This document shows, in pieces, positions 39,641 to 52,765 of a DNA stretch of 64,000 bases. This DNA comes from Blasia pusilla (taxonomy: Eukaryota). The first letter of the stretch is position 1; every line of letters begins with the position of its first letter. Location: positions 7,316,001 through 7,380,000 of the forward strand of contig CM114271.1 in NCBI GenBank assembly GCA_050084515.1, read 5' to 3'. The notes beneath the pieces were generated by a model. It was not told the DNA's origin and ran no database searches. It saw only the letters and a program-made list of their open reading frames with translations. The position numbers and the translations under genes were made by a program.

Positions 39641-41014
39641 CCGATGCAACCGAGGTGGTAAGCCTGCCATAGCTTCCGACCAGGCATGCTTGTGGCTGAC
39701 GGACATTGGCAATGTAGGTAAGTGGCAATTAGAGAGCTGCACAAATTTCAAATTCCAAGAAATACGAGGTCGGTGATAAATTGCTCGAAAGGGAAGGGCA
39801 CGACGACTTACCTCATCAGCGATCGTAAAAGTTCCGCACTACTTCCAGTCAAAATTGTATCAATTTATTTGTCTATCTATTTAGCTATCAATCAGCTGAT
39901 GGAGTGAGTCATCGCGAAATTCTGCAAGATAGACGGTAGTCAAAACCACCTGAGGATGAGAACTTTATACTTTTTCCGCCTTGCTTCTATCCTCGGACGG
40001 ATAGATGCATGGCGGACTTCCTGGACGACATGCTGACCTAAAGCTGAGAATTTTTGCAGCGGTCCATGTGCGACCGTGAGGAGCTGCTGGAGCCGCGGCT
40101 GGATCCGGAGAAATCACTCCGAGCATGATGTTTGAACAGTTTGTTTATTTCGCAAATTGTGTTCAGAAGCCGTGACATTTGAATGGCTTTGGAAACATGC
40201 GCAGAAATCACTCGGGGCATCATGGAATAGTTGTAACCCGATAGGAATTCGACGAACAGTTTGGTTTGAACGTTTCGCAGGCTGTATGTGGAGGTCGCGA
40301 AATCTGGAAAGCTCGGGAGAAACATCTGGAGAAATCACACGGAGCAGAAATAACAGTAATCGAATGATGAGGAGACCGGTTTGCAATCTCGATCAAACTA
40401 GTTTTCCACGATGCTGTTCAACGATCGTGAAATCTCGACATCTTCGGAAACGCCTCCTAAATCGCCCCTGAAGCCCCCACGTTACACGTTCTTCCGCCTA
40501 ACGATGCACACTGCCCGGTCCCTGCGATGTCGGCGATCCGAGGTAGTTTATGAGTTCCAATAGTCTGCAGTCTCTTTTTTCTCCACCACGCTCCCACAAA
40601 AGTCACCACACCCCTTATTTCATCCCTCGAATTCCTGCCGTCTTCAGCTCCCGCATCTGTGAAAGCGCCGCTGATTGGGAGACAACATTCTGCGGTTTCC
40701 AACATTTCTATTCCTCTCCCACGTCCATTCCGGATCTCATTGGTTGGGGACGCGTGCGATCGACGCACCATTCCTCGCATCCAAATCGCCTCTCCGGATT
40801 TGATTAAGCACGCACGCGCGGAATCCACGATCTCGTGATCGAGGTACTCCGCCTCCGCTTGCGGCGCATATTCAGTCATTTCAGTCGCTTCCTAAACCTG
40901 ACTCACCGCAACCGCCACCACTCCCGGCCCCGCACCCAATTAAGAGCCGGGTCCCATGCGCGGGAGTTCGCGGCCACCATCATGGGTCCCAACTTTTTTT
41001 AAAAATATTCTTTC

Positions 41015-41640
41015 TCATAAATTGTCTAACGGTTTCACGACATCATCTTCTACAAATGCTTTAAGATAATTTTTGTACATATTTTGGTTTTCCATATATG
41101 GTGCATTTTGATTCATAGGTCCACATGGGTCATGACTTATAAAATAAAATCGTGAATGAATACATTGATTAAAGGTTTTTACTAAAATTATTTGGTCATA
41201 TTGGGAAGTGGTATTTGATTTATCCTCACGATCTAAAATAGTAGGGACATGCACATGTGGTAGACCCTTCTTTTCTAATTTCACCACATGAATGCATCCT
41301 ACAATTGACCCTCATATTTTCTTTTTGACGATAAGTTGTAACAATTCCTTCTTCTTCTTCGTCTCAAAGACACATATAACCAAATCCGATCTATCAACAG
41401 GTGACTAACCAGGTAAAAATGATATAAACTTTTCCCACTTCGGATTGCATGTCATAGTCAATAAGTAATAAGGGTTTCCAAGTGCCTCACAATTGCCATT
41501 GCATCTTGATACAATTGATGCATATGATGTGGCTCTTCGATGAACGAAGAGGGTAACACAACACGTCTTCCAACCCTTGTGTTATCCACATCATGACGAT
41601 ACATGACATCCTTTACACCTTGATATAAATTATCCCTCAA
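41015..41640 (-). mobile_element. Helitron Rep (HUH) domain fragment, interrupted by element C
   Basis: QLRDNLYQG..VGRRVVLPSSF..MHQLYQDAMAIVR..MTCNPKW..EKKGLPHVH..HDPCGPMN, matching Helitron Rep motifs (LPSSF..YQDAMA, FTCNPKW, QKRGLPHAH, HGPCG). Confidence 0.88.
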
Positions 41641-44607
41641 CGTGTAAATGCGCATACACATCGTTACACAATATACATCATTTGTCACGAACACACACAC
41701 ACAAACACACACGATCCCATGCTAACTCATGGCATCCATACACAGAGGCGAGAAGTACCAAAATATCTCCAATAAAGTAAGATCAAATCTCTCTCTACAC
41801 CATCTCACACCATAGCTCTCAAAGGTGTGCAGTATCTCTCATGTAAAACCAATGTCATGACCATACGGATTATGTCGTAGAGTATGGTGTCTTTGGTAGA
41901 GGCCATTCCTTATGTAGGACCGTAGTGGCTTGGTAGAGATGCGGTTCCATACATAGGGTTGGGGTTACTCACTTGGGGTGACTTTCCCAGAGGGCCCGCT
42001 CTTAGGTTGGAGGATATAAGGTGGCTTGCCCTCAAAGAATAGTCAGTTCTTTGAGTTGAGCTGTGCGTTGGGAGTTAGCCTTGGTAGTGAGTAGAGCTCT
42101 TGGCTATGATGTTTCCAAGCTAAGCCGACCTAGATTCTCCCATCGTGGAGTGGGTTTGGCTCGATTGTATGTGATTGTAAACGTGTTTTATGACATGAGG
42201 TCTTTCACGGATTTCACTCAAAGAACTGGAGTAGATCGATGGTAGCTTCGATTGTAGATCAGTAGGATCTGGTTAGGGCTGATTGTGTACTCAGCCGTGG
42301 ATGTTCGTGGCTTGTGGCCTATGTTGGAGGTGTGAATCTGGTGCGCGGTTGGTTGGGAAAGAAGCGCCTTGCTGAGAGCTTTCCAATGGGCTTTAGATCG
42401 CCGGATTTCGTCAAGGGAGTTGGAAGTTATCAAGGATTGAAGATTCTGGTTCGTGTTCGACGGTTTTCTGATGTGGAGAGCTTGGAGCGCGGAAGCTGTG
42501 TTGAAGTTCATCCAGATCGGGTGAGAGGTTCCCATTGCATCTTGATACAATTGATGCATATGATGTGGCTCTTCGATGAACGAAGAGGGTAACACAACAC
42601 GTCTTCCAACCCTTGTGTTATCCACATCATGACGATACATGACATCCTTTACACCTTGATATAAATTATCCCTCAACTGTGTCGTGCGCATACACATCGT
42701 TACACAATATACATCGCTGTCACCGAACACACACACACAAACACACACGATCCCATGCTAACTCATGGCATCCATACACAGAGGCGAGAAGTACCAAAAT
42801 ATCTCCAATAAAGTAAGATCAAATCTCTCTCTACACCATCTCACACCATAGCTCTCAAAGGTGTGCAGTATCTCTCATGTAAAACCAATGTCATGACCAT
42901 ACGGATTATGTCGTAGAGTATGGTGTGCTGGTAGAGGCCATTCCTTATGTAGGACCGTAGTGGCTTGGTAGAGATGCGGTTCCATACATAGGGTTGGGGG
43001 TTACTCACTTGGGGGTGACTTTCCCAGTAGGGCCCGCTCTTAGGTTGGAGGATATAAGGTGGCTTGCCCTCAAAGAATAGTCAGTTCTTTGAGTTGAGCC
43101 TGTTGCGTTGGGAGTTAGCCTTGGTAGTGAGTAGAGCTCTTGGCTATGATGTTTCCCGCAAGCTTCGACCTAGATTCTCCCATCGTGGAGTGGGTTTGGC
43201 TCGATTGTATGTGATTGTAAACGTGTTTTATGACAGTAGGTCTTTCACGGATTTCACTCAAAGAACTGGAGTAGATCGATGGTAGCTTCGATTGTAGATC
43301 AGTAGGATCTGGTTAGGGCTGATTGTGTACTCAGCCGTGGATGTTCGTGGCTTGTGGCCTATGTTGGAGGTGTGAATCTGGTGCGCGGTTGGTTGGGAAA
43401 GAAGCGCCTTGCTGAGAGCTTTCCAATGGGCTTTAGATCGCCGGATTTCGTCAAGGGAGTTGGAAGTTATCAAGGATTGAAGATTCTGGTTCGTGTTCGA
43501 CGGTTTTCTGATGTGGAGAGCTTGGAGCGCGGAAGCTGTGTTGAAGTTCATCCAGATCGGGTGAGAGGTTCCCATTGCATCTTGATACAATTGATGCATA
43601 TGATGTGGCTCTTCGATGAACGAAGAGGGTAACACAACACGTCTTCCAACCCTTGTGTTATCCACATCATGACGATACATGACATCCTTTACACCTTGAT
43701 ATAAATTATCCTCAACGTCGTGCGATACACATCGTTACACAATATACATCATTTGTCACCGAACACACACACACAAACACACACGATCCCATGCTAACTC
43801 ATGGCATCCATACACAGAGGCGAGAAGTACCAAAATATCTCCAATAAAGTAAGATCAAATCTCTCTCTACACCATCTCACACCATAGCTCTCAAAGGTGT
43901 GCAGTATCTCTCATGTAAAACCAATGTCATGACCATACGGATTATGTCGTAGAGTATGGTGTGCTGGTAGAGGCCATTCCTTATGTAGGACCGTAGTGGC
44001 TTGGTAGAGATGCGGTTCCATACATAGGGTTGGGGGTTACTCACTTGGGGGTGACTTTCCCAGTAGGGCCCGCTCTTAGGTTGGAGGATATAAGGTGGCT
44101 TGCCCTCAAAGAATAGTCAGTTCTTTGAGTTGAGCCTGTTGCGTTGGGAGTTAGCCTTGGTAGTGAGTAGAGCTCTTGGCTATGATGTTTCCCGCAAGCT
44201 TCGACCTAGATTCTCCCATCGTGGAGTGGGTTTGGCTCGATTGTATGTGATTGTAAACGTGTTTTATGACAGTAGGTCTTTCACGGATTTCACTCAAAGA
44301 ACTGGAGTAGATCGATGGTAGCTTCGATTGTAGATCAGTAGGATCTGGTTAGGGCTGATTGTGTACTCAGCCGTGGATGTTCGTGGCTTGTGGCCTATGT
44401 TGGAGGTGTGAATCTGGTGCGCGGTTGGTTGGGAAAGAAGCGCCTTGCTGAGAGCTTTCCAATGGGCTTTAGATCGCCGGATTTCGTCAAGGGAGTTGGA
44501 AGTTATCAAGGATTGAAGATTCTGGTTCGTGTTCGACGGTTTTCTGATGTGGAGAGCTTGGAGCGCGGAAGCTGTGTTGAAGTTCATCCAGATCGGGTGA
44601 GAGGTTC
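41496..44607. repeat. Three tandem copies of a ~1036-1040 bp unit
   Basis: Units start at 41496, 42532 and 43572. Each contains a Helitron piece, the element C terminus and the first ~680 bp of element B; copies are near-identical apart from small indels. Confidence 0.95.
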
Positions 44608-47600
44608 CTGTTGCTACTCATATTGTGATCTCCTGTGAATCTATCTGCTCAAGTGTGTGGAGCGTTGCGGATTTCTGCGTGCATGAAACTTGGCGGAAGC
44701 GCTGTCGGATTTGCGATTCTGGAGGTGTATGGACAGCAAGTTTGTTTGATTTTTAGCTCGGAGTACAGAGCTCGGTTGTAGCTGATTTTTTGTGGAGAGA
44801 TAGCTATGGTGGTCAATTGATCGAAACAGATTTGATTTCGGTCACGTATTTGTGAAGTAATTTCTGATCGAAATTTCGCGGACTAGCTCAAGGTGTGGCT
44901 ATGGTGGACAGCGGATCGGAGGGGCTGGTTGGTTGGTGACTCGTTCATTTTTGGAGACGCCTATCCCGTTGGGGGCGCCCTGGTTGGACCTCTCTCCATA
45001 GCGAAGCATGGCGAGGCTTTGAGGCAACTCGTGGTAGCTCGGGGCGAGTGGGCGTGAGAGGCGGAGTAAGGAGCAAGCAAGCAAGCTTGCTTGCTTGGGC
45101 GTAAGGCAATTTTTGCAGGATTTGGGATTTGAGTTTTGCATAACTGGTCACCCATCTTTGGGCTATTTGCTGGAGGACGCTTAAGCGCCGAGTTCTTAAC
45201 TATGCCGGTGTCTGTTGTTGTAGCTCATTTGGTCTTTGTTAGGAGATGTGTTAGGCGCTTTATGCATCTCAGGTTTTTGGTTGATGTACCTCTAGCGCGC
45301 ATAGTACGGTGTAGCCTCTCCATGCGGTGATATTTTCAGGTCTTGCGCGATTCGACTAGCACGTCATCGACCCGGCGGAGTAGCTATTGCGTTAGAATTG
45401 TGTGGTGGGTTTTGTGGATTCAGAGGGCACCACGTTTGGTGGATTGTGTTACCTTGATTTCTATTTGCGATTGGAGGATTGTCGTTGGATTTCTGTGTTT
45501 GGATCCCCTCCATCGTGCTTCTTGCTTGCGCGCCCATTGTTAGGGTTGACGCTGATTTCGAGTAGTGTTACTCTGTGTGCTACCGGTAGTGAGGTGGAGG
45601 GATGACGAGTAGATTGTGGGAGACTTCTTGTGGTGATGACAAGTTAGGTTGCCTACACCCATAGCTAGTAGAGCTAGAATAGTATAGCGACATCGGCGTC
45701 ACTTGGTAATTTGGTGGTGGTGCGGCATCGGCGTTGGTCATCACGGAGTGTCAAGTGGTCGGTTGGGGACCGTGGTGCGGCGGTGGTGGTTTCACACGGA
45801 GTGGATTTAGGTATCGGCTACCTTTTCCACGCCGACGGTTGATGAAGAGGAGGGCGAGGTGTTCCAAACACCGAGTCTTCTACGTTGTTATCGAGTGTTG
45901 CATCTCCATTGATTTGGGACATGGACGGTGGATATGGGGCCATGAAGGGCCCCTGACGATACTCGGGTGCAAAGTGGGTACCATTGAGTTGGAGGACTTC
46001 ATGCAGGAGTTTGATACGTGGTGTGATATGCAGATGTTGCGTGAACGCCACGTTGTTTACACCCTTCTTGGCTTGGAAGGGTTGTTTCAAAGACTTGGAA
46101 GGACCACCCATGGATGATTACCATGAGTTTAGGAAGGACCATGTTGTTGAGATTGAGGCATGGAGACAATATTGGTCTCAGGCTATGTGTCTATCACCCA
46201 TGGTGGTATTGGTAGTAGTGCTCCTACTATGCCCGGCCCCGACGCCCGAGTGGTACGAGTCGAGCCGGAGTGGGGGTACCGGTGGAGGTACTAGTGGGGG
46301 TACTAGTGGAGGTACTAGTGCCCCACCATCGTTTAGCCCGATTTGCAGAGAGTTCTTCAAGAGGTTGAAGAAGAACTATCAAGGAGTGAAGACGGAGAAG
46401 TTGAGGAATCTTCAGGACTTTGAGCGAAAAGGCGGTGAGAGTCTTCGTGAGGCATACACGCGTATGCGACGCTTGATTTCAGTTATCCAGGGGGTGTGAC
46501 CGAGGATCAGGCGATCAGTTTTGGTATGGGATCTTGGACAAAGATTTGCGCCGTAGGGTACGTGATGCTACTCTTATGAGTGATGATTCACCCACATTGA
46601 CCCATGTGTTTGCTCTATCTCGAGAAGATTGAGCTTAACATGGTGAAGGAGAGAGTGGTGACATCCGCATTCAAAGAGGGATACAACTACTACTTTCGTG
46701 TTCACCGCCCACCTCACAATCTCGTAGTAGTGGTGGTGGTAGTAGTAGTGGGAGTCGTGGGGGTACACGCGACCTCAATCAAGTCCTAGAGGGACATTTG
46801 TGCAGAGACCATTGCCTTCATTTGCTGCCCCGGCAGCAGGGCGATCATGTTGGACATATGGAGGTGATCATGTTAGGAAGTTTTGTCCCCAAGAGGATGG
46901 GAGACGGACTGCGGAGGATAGGCCTCGGTCGGCCCCAACTCGGTGTGATCATTGCGGGAGACTAGGTCATCCTCAAGAGCGTTGCTTTGATCTTCATCCG
47001 AGTTGAGATCAGGCCGTGGCCGTGGTGGGAGTAGCTCCGAGAGGCCAAGGTGGTAAAGGTGGTAGGGGTGGTAGAGGTGGACCGGTGGTTGGAGAGCCTA
47101 CGGTGGCTACCCCTACCACTATGACAGAGTCGACTATGGTCGCTAGGGTTGAGCATTGGAGCGAAGTTGGCTACTATGGCGGTATCCAAAGATAGATCGG
47201 GTTCGGGAGCAGGGGCTTCCACCTCTTATGGAGGGGATGATCTCTCTTATATGGCGAGTGCAAAGACAAAGTTGAGGCATCAGCTGCGATTCAGAGGAGC
47301 CACTCGAGCGTCGAGCCACGTGGTGCTCTTGTGGAGTTGGACCCCTGAGAGGGGTGAGGGGGAGGCAAGGCTAGGCTTCCCCAGTCATTCTTGTTGTATG
47401 AGGTGCTTAGGACTCCATCCATGGTTCCTCGCAGCCTATTGAGCCGACAGTGGGGATCGAGGCATCTACATCGCGTGTAGTAGAGACACGGATGCAACAT
47501 CCAATGCAAAGATTGCGGATGGCAACCGGTGTTGGGATCCCCATTGTTTTCGCCACGGAGCGATGGCTTTAGGAGTTGACTTAGCTCCTGTATTTCCCGA

Positions 47601-48458
47601 TTAGCGACCACGTTGTGTGAACGTGGGGTGTATTCTTGCTACACGTGTTGAGGTGGATGAGGGTGTTGCGGTGGAGCGACCCTCTATGTCGGAGTAGCAT
47701 TGAGTACGGTGCTACTTGGCAAAGCGGCGGGCGAAGATGGATGCATTACCACCGGCCAGCCATTGATCGTGAGAGGCTTACACTGGTGTATGTATGTTGG
47801 ACAACTGGAGTGGGATCTTCCGATTGGTGAGTCCTACAGGACAGGTGTATAGACCAGATAGAGTCTTGTTAGACTCTGGTGCCCAACCTTTGATGTTGGG
47901 AAAGGCGGCATGTATTGGTTTGGGTATTCGGAGGTCAGAGCTTGAGCCTTGCCCATTCCAGATTCAAACATCACTTGGAGGAGCCAATGATAGGTCTCAA
48001 TTCATGACACGGGAGAAGTTTTCTGTACAGTTGAGACCAAATCATGCGACTGATAGCTCCCGGTTGGGAGTATCTGCGGTAGTCACATCAACTGAGTCGT
48101 ATGATGTACTAGTTGGAGGAGCAGTATTGTACCCGATGGGTTTTCAGATGGATTACTAGACCGAGACAGCGTCTTATAGACCAGGTTGGCGGTCCGGGAT
48201 GGACGTATGAGCCAAGTTCTTGTGAGATTTATTTCTGGGGCTCGACCAGGAGGGTCTTCCCCAACAGTGTTAGCATCTGTGGCTGGTTTTAGTGGAGTAG
48301 TCACTTGGCCAGGAGACTTTTTGGAGGGTAATGTTTCTGCTATGGATTCTCCTGCGCATGACGAGGAAGAGGAGGCCCCACGGCGGACTCCTACTTCTGG
48401 CCCAGTTGGGTTATCCCCTTTGGATACTACACCCATTGTATGGCAGTATTCGTCGGAC

Positions 48459-49392
48459 GGCATTTGTGTGTTAGATCTCTTTGGTGGGATTAGCACTGGT
48501 TTGGCTGTAGTGTTGCAGGCCGGTATTCCTGTGCGGAGATACGTGTATGTGGAGCGAGATGAGACGGCCCACAGAGTCTCATCCCGACATATTGGTCGAT
48601 TGATGCGGAGATATCTGAGTTGTTGCCGCCATCAGCTATTCGTGGGTACCAGCGTGCTTTACCATCACACATTGCATTGTTGGGGGCGCAGGACCTTGAG
48701 AGAATTGGTCCTGTGGATTTGGTGATTGCTGGATGGCCATGTCAGGGTCATACACGTGCTGGTGGGGGTGAGGGATTACATGACCCTAGGTCTCGATTGT
48801 TTTGGGAGATGTTACGGGTGTTACGACATCTTGAGTTCATCGAGCACGTGCTCTAGCTTACATTCGGAGAATGTTCCATTGTTGGGTGACACTCGGACCG
48901 GATGATGGCGAGTGTTCATGAGGTGCGCTCTTGGATTGGACCAGCGGTGTTGTTGGATGGAGCGCGAGTTGGCTCAGCGTGTACATAAATCCACGCTTGT
49001 GGTGGACAAACTTGTTGCCTAGGGAGGTTCTCGTCGAGCATATGATGCGATGGCGGTATCCTCGCTTCGATGGATAGTATCTTGAATCTTGGCGACTTTC
49101 CCAAGTGGTGAGGGTTATTGATCGGTCACCCATGGCGGTGGTGAACCGTGTGGGCCAGCCTAGGATGGCACTACCCACATTTGTGAGTTTTCCTCGTCAC
49201 ATGCCTACAGGAAGGTGGTCGGGGCTTGTATGGGATTCTCATGTGCGGCGAGTTGGTGGAGCCTAACGCTGATGAGAGAGCGTGCGATGGGATTTGCTCT
49301 TGGTGTGACAACGGTTGCTTCTATTTTCGAGGCTTCACGACGTCATGTGTTGGGTCAGGCCATGGACCTGAATTGTTTGACTTGGATTTTTA
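48459..49392 (+). pseudogene. DNMT3-like C5 cytosine methyltransferase domain of element B (frameshifted as assembled)
   Basis: GICVLDLFGGISTGL (I), YVYVERD (II), DLVIAGWPCQG (IV, catalytic Cys intact), GLHDPRSRLFWEMLRVL, ENVP (VI), WWTNL (VIII), ERAMGF..SRRHVLGQAMD (IX/X). Confidence 0.93.
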
Positions 49393-49973
49393 GTCTTGGT
49401 ATGGCGAGCAAAGCGTCGACTTTGGACTATGTCTGTGGGTCTTCCACCCCTTGTAATGAGCTCGATGGCTCTGGGGACGGTAGAGGCATCGGCTGAAGCG
49501 AGGAGAGTAGTATTTTGCATCCTTGGAGTAGATGGGATGTAATGGTGGGCATGTGGAGTTGGTTGCTCATCTTTGCTGGTGGATGAGTTATTTGCTCGAG
49601 ATGATGGTGTAGCTAAGGGTGTACCATCTTGTGAGGGGGTTATGAGCGACCAATGGCATCGCCCTCTCCCTCTAGTGTGCCAGTGGAGGAGACTTGGGAG
49701 CCATTACTTGGGCCCAAGCTTACGGGAGGTGAGAAACGACGCTTGACACACTTCCTACGTGCTTATAGGAGTTGTTTTGCCTTTAGCATGAAGGAGTTGG
49801 GTTCTCTGGTTGGACCTGGTATACGGATTGATTTGGCTAGTGATACGCCAATCTTCCGTCATCCCTACCGATATAGTGATATGGAGAGGGACTTGATTCA
49901 GAGTAGGACGTTGGACCTTTTGGAGGCTGGATTAGTGGAGTTGTCCCATGGAGAGTATGCATAAGCCACTGTC

Positions 49974-51107
49974 ATGCCTGCTAAAAAGGATATGCATGGC
50001 AACTACACGGATAGGCGGATGTGTGGAGATTACCGTCCTATCAATCGGCAAACCAAGGCCGATAGGTATGCCATGCCTACACCTGAGGAGATCTTTGATG
50101 TGGTGGGACAAGCAAAGATTTTCAGTACTTTGGATCTTCGGGCAGGATACCATCAATTGCTGATTCGGGAGAGTGACAAGGCCAAGACAACATTTTGGGG
50201 TGTCAACTCTCATGGCAAGGATTGTTTGTACCAGTGGAAATTCTTACCCTTTGGGTTGAAGAATGCACTGCCGAGTTTCAAGAGTGATGGATGGAGGATC
50301 CTAGCAGGGTTGGATTTTGTTCGGTGTTACATTGATGATATCTTGGTGTTCAGTAACACGGTGGAGGAGCATCAGATACATTTGCAGATGGTGTTTGAGC
50401 GGTTGAAAGCTCATGGTCTACGTTTGCATCCAGGAAAGTGTAAGTTCTTCCATGAGGATGTTGAGTACTTGGGTCATGTGATCTATCCAGGTGGTTTGGG
50501 AGTTCAGCAAGCAAAGGTGGAGGCTATTGCACTTATTCCGCGTCCGATAGATGTGAGTAGAGTTCGAGCATTCATGGGATTGGCGAACTACTATCGGAGG
50601 TATGTGAAGGGATTTAGTGCTATGGCAAAGCCTTTGAACCAATTGCTGAAATCAGATCAAAAGTGGCACTGGGGAGATGATCAGGAGAGAGCTTTTGTGG
50701 AGCTTAAGGCCCAGTTGGTGGCGGCGCCTATCTTGAGGAGACCTATCAGAGGGTGCCCATTTCAGTTACACACTGATTGGAGTAGGTTGGGACTTGGAGC
50801 GGTGTTGACACAACATGATGATGAGCACATGGAGTTTGTGGTGGCCTATGCAAGTCGTTCGAATAATGCAGCAGAGTCGCGCTATAGTTCATATGAGGGA
50901 GAGTGCTTGGCAATAGTGTGGGCTGTGGCACACTTTAGGTGTTACTTGTTTGGCACAAAATTTACCCTTGTTACTGATCACCAGCCGCTCAAGTGGTTGA
51001 TGGAGTCGGACAAGCTTACAGGGAAGCTTGCACGGTGGGCTCTTATCTTACAGGAGTATGACTTCCAGGTGGTACATAGACCTGGAGTTGCCAACCTTGA
51101 TCTTTGA
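49974..51107 (+). CDS. Reverse transcriptase + RNase H segment of element B pol
   Basis: CGDYRPIN, LDLRAGYHQL, LPFGLKNA, YIDDILVFS, TDWSRLGLGAVL, TDHQPLKWL. Confidence 0.95.
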   Translation: MPAKKDMHGNYTDRRMCGDYRPINRQTKADRYAMPTPEEIFDVVGQAKIFSTLDLRAGYHQLLIRESDKAKTTFWGVNSHGKDCLYQWKFLPFGLKNALPSFKSDGWRILAGLDFVRCYIDDILVFSNTVEEHQIHLQMVFERLKAHGLRLHPGKCKFFHEDVEYLGHVIYPGGLGVQQAKVEAIALIPRPIDVSRVRAFMGLANYYRRYVKGFSAMAKPLNQLLKSDQKWHWGDDQERAFVELKAQLVAAPILRRPIRGCPFQLHTDWSRLGLGAVLTQHDDEHMEFVVAYASRSNNAAESRYSSYEGECLAIVWAVAHFRCYLFGTKFTLVTDHQPLKWLMESDKLTGKLARWALILQEYDFQVVHRPGVANLDL

Positions 51108-52618
51108 TGGGTTGAGTAGGAACCCATGTACTAGCCAAGAGGATACAAGCGGGGCTAGATGGCATGGCGAGGTTGATGAGGAGATGGTGCCAGGTTGGCA
51201 TGCATCCGCCTTTTATGTTGGTTAGGTGGACTCTAGTATGGAGGACCACATGATATCTTACTCTAGTCGAGGGTAGATGGCCGGCCTTGAGATCCTAAGG
51301 TTGGAGATGGTGGTACGGATCACCGTGATATTCATGATGATGCGTTGGTGTTGGAGTTCCCTACGGATCAAGTAGGGTGCGGACATAGTGAGTGCCAAGG
51401 AGCGAGACCGTGTTCTTCAACGTGCTAAGAGGTATCGATTGGAGGGAACACATATTCTCCGCGTATGGGAGGATGGTAGAGTACAGTAGTGCCACATTTG
51501 ACTCGAGAGAGAGCGCATTGTGCGACATGCCCATGAGGAGTTGGGACATTTTGGGGTAAAGCGCACGTATAGCTTACTCCTTGGCGATTGGTGGCGTGGC
51601 ATGCATACTCAGGTGCAGCGATTGGTGTCACGTTGTATGGTTTGTGACCGGGTGAGGGCATCATTTAATGCCCCTACACCACAATTATACCCCTTGCCTA
51701 TTATAGGGTTGGGTTACCGTTGGAGTGTGGACTTTTTGGGACCGTTACCTTTTTGACCGACATCATCGATATGTGTTGGTGATGGTGGAGCACTTCTCCA
51801 AGTGGATTGAGTTGGTGGCATTACCGGACAAGGCAAGTGAGGAACGGCGTATGCGTTTCTGGATAGAGTGCTTAGTCATTTTGGTGCACCACCGGCTGAA
51901 GTCTTTGACCGACCACCGAGGTCTGAGTTTCAAGGTGAGTTTCAGGTCTTGTGTGACAAGGGGTTGATTGATCATCGGACCACGTCTCGAGATCATCCAG
52001 AGGCGGATGGTTTGGCTGAGCGTGTGGTTCAGACGGTGAAGAGGGCATTGCGCAAGTATGGCCTATAGAAGGGGCATCTTGGAGACTAGGATATTCAGTT
52101 GCCATGGTTAGCCATCGGGTATAGGTTGATCGCCAAGCATCCTTGGCTTCCTTCTCACCTTATTTTTGTTATCGGCCGAGATCCGGACTTGCTAGCAAAG
52201 CAATTCGTTGGGAGTCTAGTGAGGTGGTGAACCTTGATGACCCGAGAGATGTGGATGAGGGTGTGTTCTCGGGCGGAGCTCTTCGGAGAGTTATGCCAAC
52301 GGCCTTTGAGAATCTTGCCATTGCTCAACACGGGGATACGTTGCGGTATGCAACCATTGGGTGGAGGTTATCGACCATCGATTCAGAGGTTCCATGTGGG
52401 GACTATGTCTTTGGCAGCACATTGCCCGACAACGTTGGATGTGACGACAGGCCGCACTATTTTACGAGTGCGTGAGGTGTTAGCTTCTGGAGTTCTCATG
52501 TTGGAGGGTCGTGATGGAGTTGTTTGGAAGGACCATGTGCGTAATTGTGCGCCATATCATCTTCCAAATGTGGATGGTACTGTTGACCCAAGCTTAGCCA
52601 TGATACGTGCTAGCTAGC

Positions 52619-52765
52619 TTGAGGTGCATGTTGTGTGGATATGCTGGTAACGCAGCCTGTATGTTGGTGTGTGATCGGTGTTCTAGGGGTTGGCACATGA
52701 TGTGTTTGACTCCACGTTTGGATGTTGTTCCTACTGGAAGGTGGGTTTGTCCTCGATGTACTTAG
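52619..52765 (+). other. PHD finger at the pol C-terminus of element B
   Basis: LRCMLCGYAGNAACMLVCDRCSRGWHMMCLTPRLDVVPTGRWVCPRCT* (C4HC3). Put out of frame here by a 4-bp TAGC duplication; in frame with the integrase tail in element C. Confidence 0.93.

Noticed and set aside
48459-49392. Methyltransferase as a host DNMT gene or bacterial restriction-modification contamination
   Set aside because: It is intronless, sits at the same position within pol in two diverged copies, and has no endonuclease partner.
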